A stretch of DNA of 64,000 nucleotides from Candidatus Eiseniibacteriota bacterium (GTDB lineage Bacteria; Eisenbacteria; RBG-16-71-46), in NCBI GenBank assembly GCA_963776245.1, contig CAVZLN010000006.1, positions 5,215-69,214 on the forward strand, written 5' to 3'. Within the stretch, counting starts at the first letter, position 1; each line of letters starts with the position of its first letter. Shown here piece by piece: positions 60,762 to 64,000 of the stretch. The notes under the pieces were generated by a model. That model made no database searches. It was not told the origin of the DNA and was given only the letters and a program-made list of their open reading frames with translations. The position numbers and the translations under genes were made by a program.

Positions 60762-60806
60762 CCGGCGCGCCCGCTCCAGCCTCCGCCGCGCGGCGCGGCG
60801 GGCGCC

Positions 60807-61196
60807 TCAGCCCGCGCGCCGGCTCATCATCACCAGCGCCGCGCCGGTGAAATAGGCCGCGACCCAGTACGCATAGGCCAGGCGCGAGTAGAGGTGCAGC
60901 CCGCTCCCGAGCGGCGCCTCCCCCGCGCGCCGCGCATGGCGCCACAGGAGCAGCGTGTCGGTGGCCATCGCGGCGAGCGCCGAGTAGCCCAGGATCCCGT
61001 GCAGGCTGACGCCCTCGCGCCGGGTGGCGAGGATCATGAGCAGCGTGGCGGTGACATCGAAGGCCACGGCCACCGTGAAGAAGCCGCGCACCCCGCGGGT
61101 GGCGCGGCGGGCACGGACCTCCTTCACGGCGCCGGCGGTGTAGAGCGCCAGCGCCGCGGTCACGGTGGTCACCGCCGCCAATCGCAACGGGGTCAT
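60807..61196 (-). CDS. small integral membrane protein (4 predicted TM helices)
   Basis: 129 aa, four hydrophobic segments. Confidence 0.4.
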   Translation of the reverse strand: MTPLRLAAVTTVTAALALYTAGAVKEVRARRATRGVRGFFTVAVAFDVTATLLMILATRREGVSLHGILGYSALAAMATDTLLLWRHARRAGEAPLGSGLHLYSRLAYAYWVAAYFTGAALVMMSRRAG

Positions 61197-61233
61197 GTCG
61201 GTTCCTTTCGTCGCGGGCGCGCGAGCGCCCGCG

Positions 61234-63048
61234 TCACTCCCAGCCGATCGTGCGGCCCCGGTTCTGCCGCTCGAGCCATGCCATCAGGGGTTGGAAGTAC
61301 TCGACCATCGCGCGCGTCGAGAGCTCCTCACCGGTGGCTTCGCGGAGCACCACGCGCCAGTCGCGGGTCGCCCCCTGCTCCATGATCCCGCGCAGGAAGT
61401 CGCCGACCTCCCGGTTGTCCGCGTACGAGCACGCGTGGGGATCCTGCTTCAGGATCTTCCGTGCGATGTGGTCGTGGAGCTGGAACTTGAGCACCGTCGC
61501 GATGGCGTACGAGTAGTAGTAGCAGGGCGTGTCGTTGATGTGGGTCTTGGTCGCCGGGTCGCAGAACTCCTCGCCGCGCGGCGCGGGCGGCTCGATGCCC
61601 TGGAACTCGCCGACGTAGCGCCACCAGCGCGCGTTCCACTGGTCGGCCGGCAGGCCCCGCGCGTACACGTCCGCCTCCCAGTGTGTCATCACGCCCGAGG
61701 ACCAGTACAGGAAGGGCACCGACTCGAGCGCGTCCTGCAGCAGGTGCCGCGTCTGCTCGTCCTTCGGGGTCTTGCCGGGCGGGAGCAGCCCCATCGAGAC
61801 CAGGTAGGGCTGCTGGCCCGAGGCGAGCGAGATCAGCTCGCCGATGCCCTCGTGGAACGACGGGTTGGCGCCGTCCCGCAGCAGCGGCGGGACCTCGGGC
61901 CGCGTGTACGCCATGAAGTAGTAGCCATGCCCGAGCTCGTGGTGCGCGGTGTGCCACCACCACTCGTCGGGCTGCACGCTCATCAGCGAGCGGATGTCGC
62001 GATCGAGGTCGATGTGCCAGCACGAGGCGTGCGCGTTCTTCTTCCGCGCCGCGTCCGCGGCCAGCGGGTAGAGGTCGCTGCGCTCCCAGAACGTGGCCGG
62101 CAGCGGCGCGAATCCGAGCCCGGTGTAGAAGCGCTCGGCGCTCTTCACCACGAACTCGGCCGACTTGTCGCGGAACGCCGCGTCGAGGCTCGACGAGGGT
62201 GTCATCGCCTGCCACTCCTGGCCCCAGCGGTTGGGCAGCCAGTGCGCCGGGATGCGCTTCGGGACCGGCTGGTGGTAGCGCTTCGCCAGTTCGTAGCGCG
62301 CCCAGGTGTGGAGCTGGAGATAGAGCGGCCGCAGTTCGCGCATGAAGTCCTGGTTCAGTCTCAGCATCTCGTCGGTGGTCATGTCGTACTTGGCCACCTG
62401 GAGCGAGAAGTAGTCGGGGTATCCGAGCTCCCGCGCGACGCCGTTGCGCAGGCCCTGGAGCTTCTCCAGTCCCGGCCGCAGTTCGGGCCCCATGCGCTTG
62501 GAGGCCTCCCACATCGCGAGGCGCTTCGACACGTCGGTGAGCGTCACCAGGCTGTCGTCGATGGCGTTCGCGGTGATGGGCTGGCCATCCAGGCGGTAGG
62601 TGTAGCCGTTCATCGCCGAGGCCTGCGCGGTCTCCGCGTCGATGCGCGCGCGCACCAGGTCCGGCGCCGTCATCGGCCCCTCGGCGGCATTCAGGAGCAC
62701 GCGCCTGAGCTCCCGCACGCTGAGCGGGTCGAGCTCGGCGGCGTGCTCGAGCAGGGCCCGCGCCTCGGTGATGAGCTCCGGATTGCCGTTGAACGCGGCC
62801 TGCGCCTTGGTGGCGGTGGCCGACGCGGCATCGTGCACCGGGCTGACGTCGGTGGCCGCGTCCCACTGGGCTCGGCTGTTCACGGCGTAGAGCGCCTGGT
62901 ACGCGGCGTTGACCAGCGCGAGGAAGCGGTCGGCGCGTTCCTGGTACGCGCCGCGGGCCGGCTCGGCGGTGACCGCGGGCGCGGCACGGAGCGCGGCGGC
63001 GAGGCTCACGACGAGCGCGAGCCAGAGAGGAAGGCGGGTGCGGGACAT
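61234..63048 (-). CDS. M2-family zinc peptidyl-dipeptidase (angiotensin-converting-enzyme-like)
   Basis: HTAHHELGH (HExxH) with the downstream HEGIGELISL Glu ligand. Signal peptide MSRTRLPLWLALVVSLAAALRA. Confidence 0.8.
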   Translation of the reverse strand: MSRTRLPLWLALVVSLAAALRAAPAVTAEPARGAYQERADRFLALVNAAYQALYAVNSRAQWDAATDVSPVHDAASATATKAQAAFNGNPELITEARALLEHAAELDPLSVRELRRVLLNAAEGPMTAPDLVRARIDAETAQASAMNGYTYRLDGQPITANAIDDSLVTLTDVSKRLAMWEASKRMGPELRPGLEKLQGLRNGVARELGYPDYFSLQVAKYDMTTDEMLRLNQDFMRELRPLYLQLHTWARYELAKRYHQPVPKRIPAHWLPNRWGQEWQAMTPSSSLDAAFRDKSAEFVVKSAERFYTGLGFAPLPATFWERSDLYPLAADAARKKNAHASCWHIDLDRDIRSLMSVQPDEWWWHTAHHELGHGYYFMAYTRPEVPPLLRDGANPSFHEGIGELISLASGQQPYLVSMGLLPPGKTPKDEQTRHLLQDALESVPFLYWSSGVMTHWEADVYARGLPADQWNARWWRYVGEFQGIEPPAPRGEEFCDPATKTHINDTPCYYYSYAIATVLKFQLHDHIARKILKQDPHACSYADNREVGDFLRGIMEQGATRDWRVVLREATGEELSTRAMVEYFQPLMAWLERQNRGRTIGWE

Positions 63049-63296
63049 CGGGTTCCTCCGATTGCAGGTCGCGGATGCCGGCGGCAGATCGGCGGGCACG
63101 GGCCCGCCGGCCGGCGCAGGCTAGCAGACAGCCCACCTCATCCGAAGCACCCTCGGAGGGGATCCGCCACCCTCCCGCTCGCGGCGGAAAGCGCGGCATC
63201 GCGGCCGACGGGTCGCGCGCTGGCATCCCGCGGCACCCCCGCGTAGGCTGGGCGGGCACGGAGCCGGGTGGTCGGCCCACGGGAAGGAGTCGCCTG

Positions 63297-63671
63297 ATGT
63301 TCTGTCCACGCTGTCGTACCGAGTACGTCGAAGGCGTCGGCCGCTGCGACGCGTGCGATCTCGACCTGGTGGAGGCTCTGGAGCCGCTGCCGACCGAGGA
63401 GCCCGCATGGGTCGACCTCGTCACGGTGCTCGAGACCCTCGATCCCACGCGCGCCTCGGTGGTCCGCGCGCTGCTCGAGGCGGAGGAGATCCCCTGCGCC
63501 GTGGCCGACGAGCGGACGCGTCACGCCCTCGGCCTGATCGGAGGCGAGGGCCCGCTCGGGCTCTGGCGCATCCAGGTGCCCGCCGAGCTCGCGGACGCCG
63601 CGCGCGCGCTCATCGCCGACCGCGGGGCCGAGCTGGCCGAGGGCGGCGAGCCGCCCGAAGCCTCCGTCTGA
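63297..63671 (+). CDS. small Zn-ribbon plus DUF2007-like protein
   Basis: MFCPRCRTEY...CDACD then an about 80-aa alpha/beta domain. Confidence 0.45.
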   Translation: MFCPRCRTEYVEGVGRCDACDLDLVEALEPLPTEEPAWVDLVTVLETLDPTRASVVRALLEAEEIPCAVADERTRHALGLIGGEGPLGLWRIQVPAELADAARALIADRGAELAEGGEPPEASV

Positions 63672-63850
63672 GCGTCTCCCGCACCGCTCTCGTCCCGCGC
63701 TTCCCCGCGTCCGTCGCCGCGCGCGCCGCTCGTCCCGCGCCCGGGGGCGCCTGGTGCTACCATGCGCGGCCGTCGCATCCGGTCCACCCTCGTGTCCCTT
63801 CGGCGCTCGCGCGTCCCACGTCCACTCGGAAGAGTAGGAAGGCTCCCGCA

Positions 63851-64000
63851 TGAAGATCGCACGGTCGCACCTCGCCCTCGCCCTCGCCGCGGCACTGCTG
63901 GTGGCCGCCGCGCCCGCGCCTGCCCTGGAGCGCTCGGAGGTGGCGGAGAAGTACACCTGGGATCTCCGGGATCTGTACCCGTCGGTGGAAGCGTGGCAGA
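63851..64000 (+). CDS. oligoendopeptidase F (M3B) N-terminus, partial at the window end
   Basis: MKIARSHLALALAAALLVAAAPAPALERSEVAEKYTWDLRDLYPSVEAWQ resembles the pepF start (xKWDLxxLYxSxEAW). Confidence 0.45.

Noticed and set aside
61165-63448. 693-aa plus-strand and 706-aa minus-strand ORFs overlapping the M2 peptidase
   Set aside because: Only the 61234-63099 minus frame contains the HExxH zinc site and a signal peptide; the others are GC-driven open frames.

Overview
High-GC (~70%) bacterial chromosomal segment, probably from a Gemmatimonadota-like FCB-group organism. That inference rests on FlgD-Ig-like C-terminal sorting domains, TPR/Sel1/NHL proteins and a TonB receptor; no rRNA is present to confirm it.

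Layout, all called from recognisable protein motifs in the six-frame track plus my own translation of edge and shifted frames:
(1) 1-3.5 kb: prophage-like remnant with a lambda-gpA-type terminase large subunit (runs off the window edge) and a ParB-domain DNA methyltransferase.
(2) 3.5-4.1 kb: non-coding region with an array of GAACCGT half-sites and TGGAAAC repeats.
(3) 4.1-5.8 kb: secreted protein with 40-aa tandem repeats and a FlgD-Ig-like C-terminal domain.
(4) about 6.07-6.10 kb: tRNA 3'-half-like fragment (possible att remnant).
(5) 6.3-27 kb: envelope and secretome genes. TPR membrane proteins, Sel1 and NHL repeat proteins, a short exosortase-family gene with an ACP and a hexapeptide acyltransferase, a glycoside-hydrolase-like protein, a TonB-dependent receptor, an outer-membrane barrel paired with a 12-13 heme cytochrome c, and an S9 peptidase.
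(6) 27-38 kb: uncharacterised catabolic module. GNAT-like protein, SCP-x-type thiolase + DUF35, a xanthine-dehydrogenase-family molybdoenzyme (FAD subunit plus fused 2Fe-2S/MoCo subunit), and FdrA / DUF1116 / cyclase / DUF2877.
(7) 40-49 kb: complete Thauera-type anaerobic benzoyl-CoA core, had-oah-dch-tetR-bcrCBAD (class I ATP-dependent benzoyl-CoA reductase).
(8) 49-52.6 kb: SDR, isopropylmalate/homocitrate-synthase-like enzyme, thiolase.
(9) 52.7-55.5 kb: DUF4337, RsbW-like kinase, STAS antagonist, ECF sigma, anti-sigma.
(10) 55.6-64 kb: TolB-like propeller fused to an outer-membrane barrel, PrsW protease, M2 (ACE-like) peptidase, start of oligoendopeptidase F.

Many unrelated genes are interrupted by +/-1 frameshifts, which looks like assembly indel error rather than biology. 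Nearly every long ORF has a long spurious antisense or shifted-frame partner because of the GC content. Coordinates are arithmetic from the ORF track. Start codons are approximate (alternative GTG/TTG starts are likely), and I could not verify every nucleotide position.
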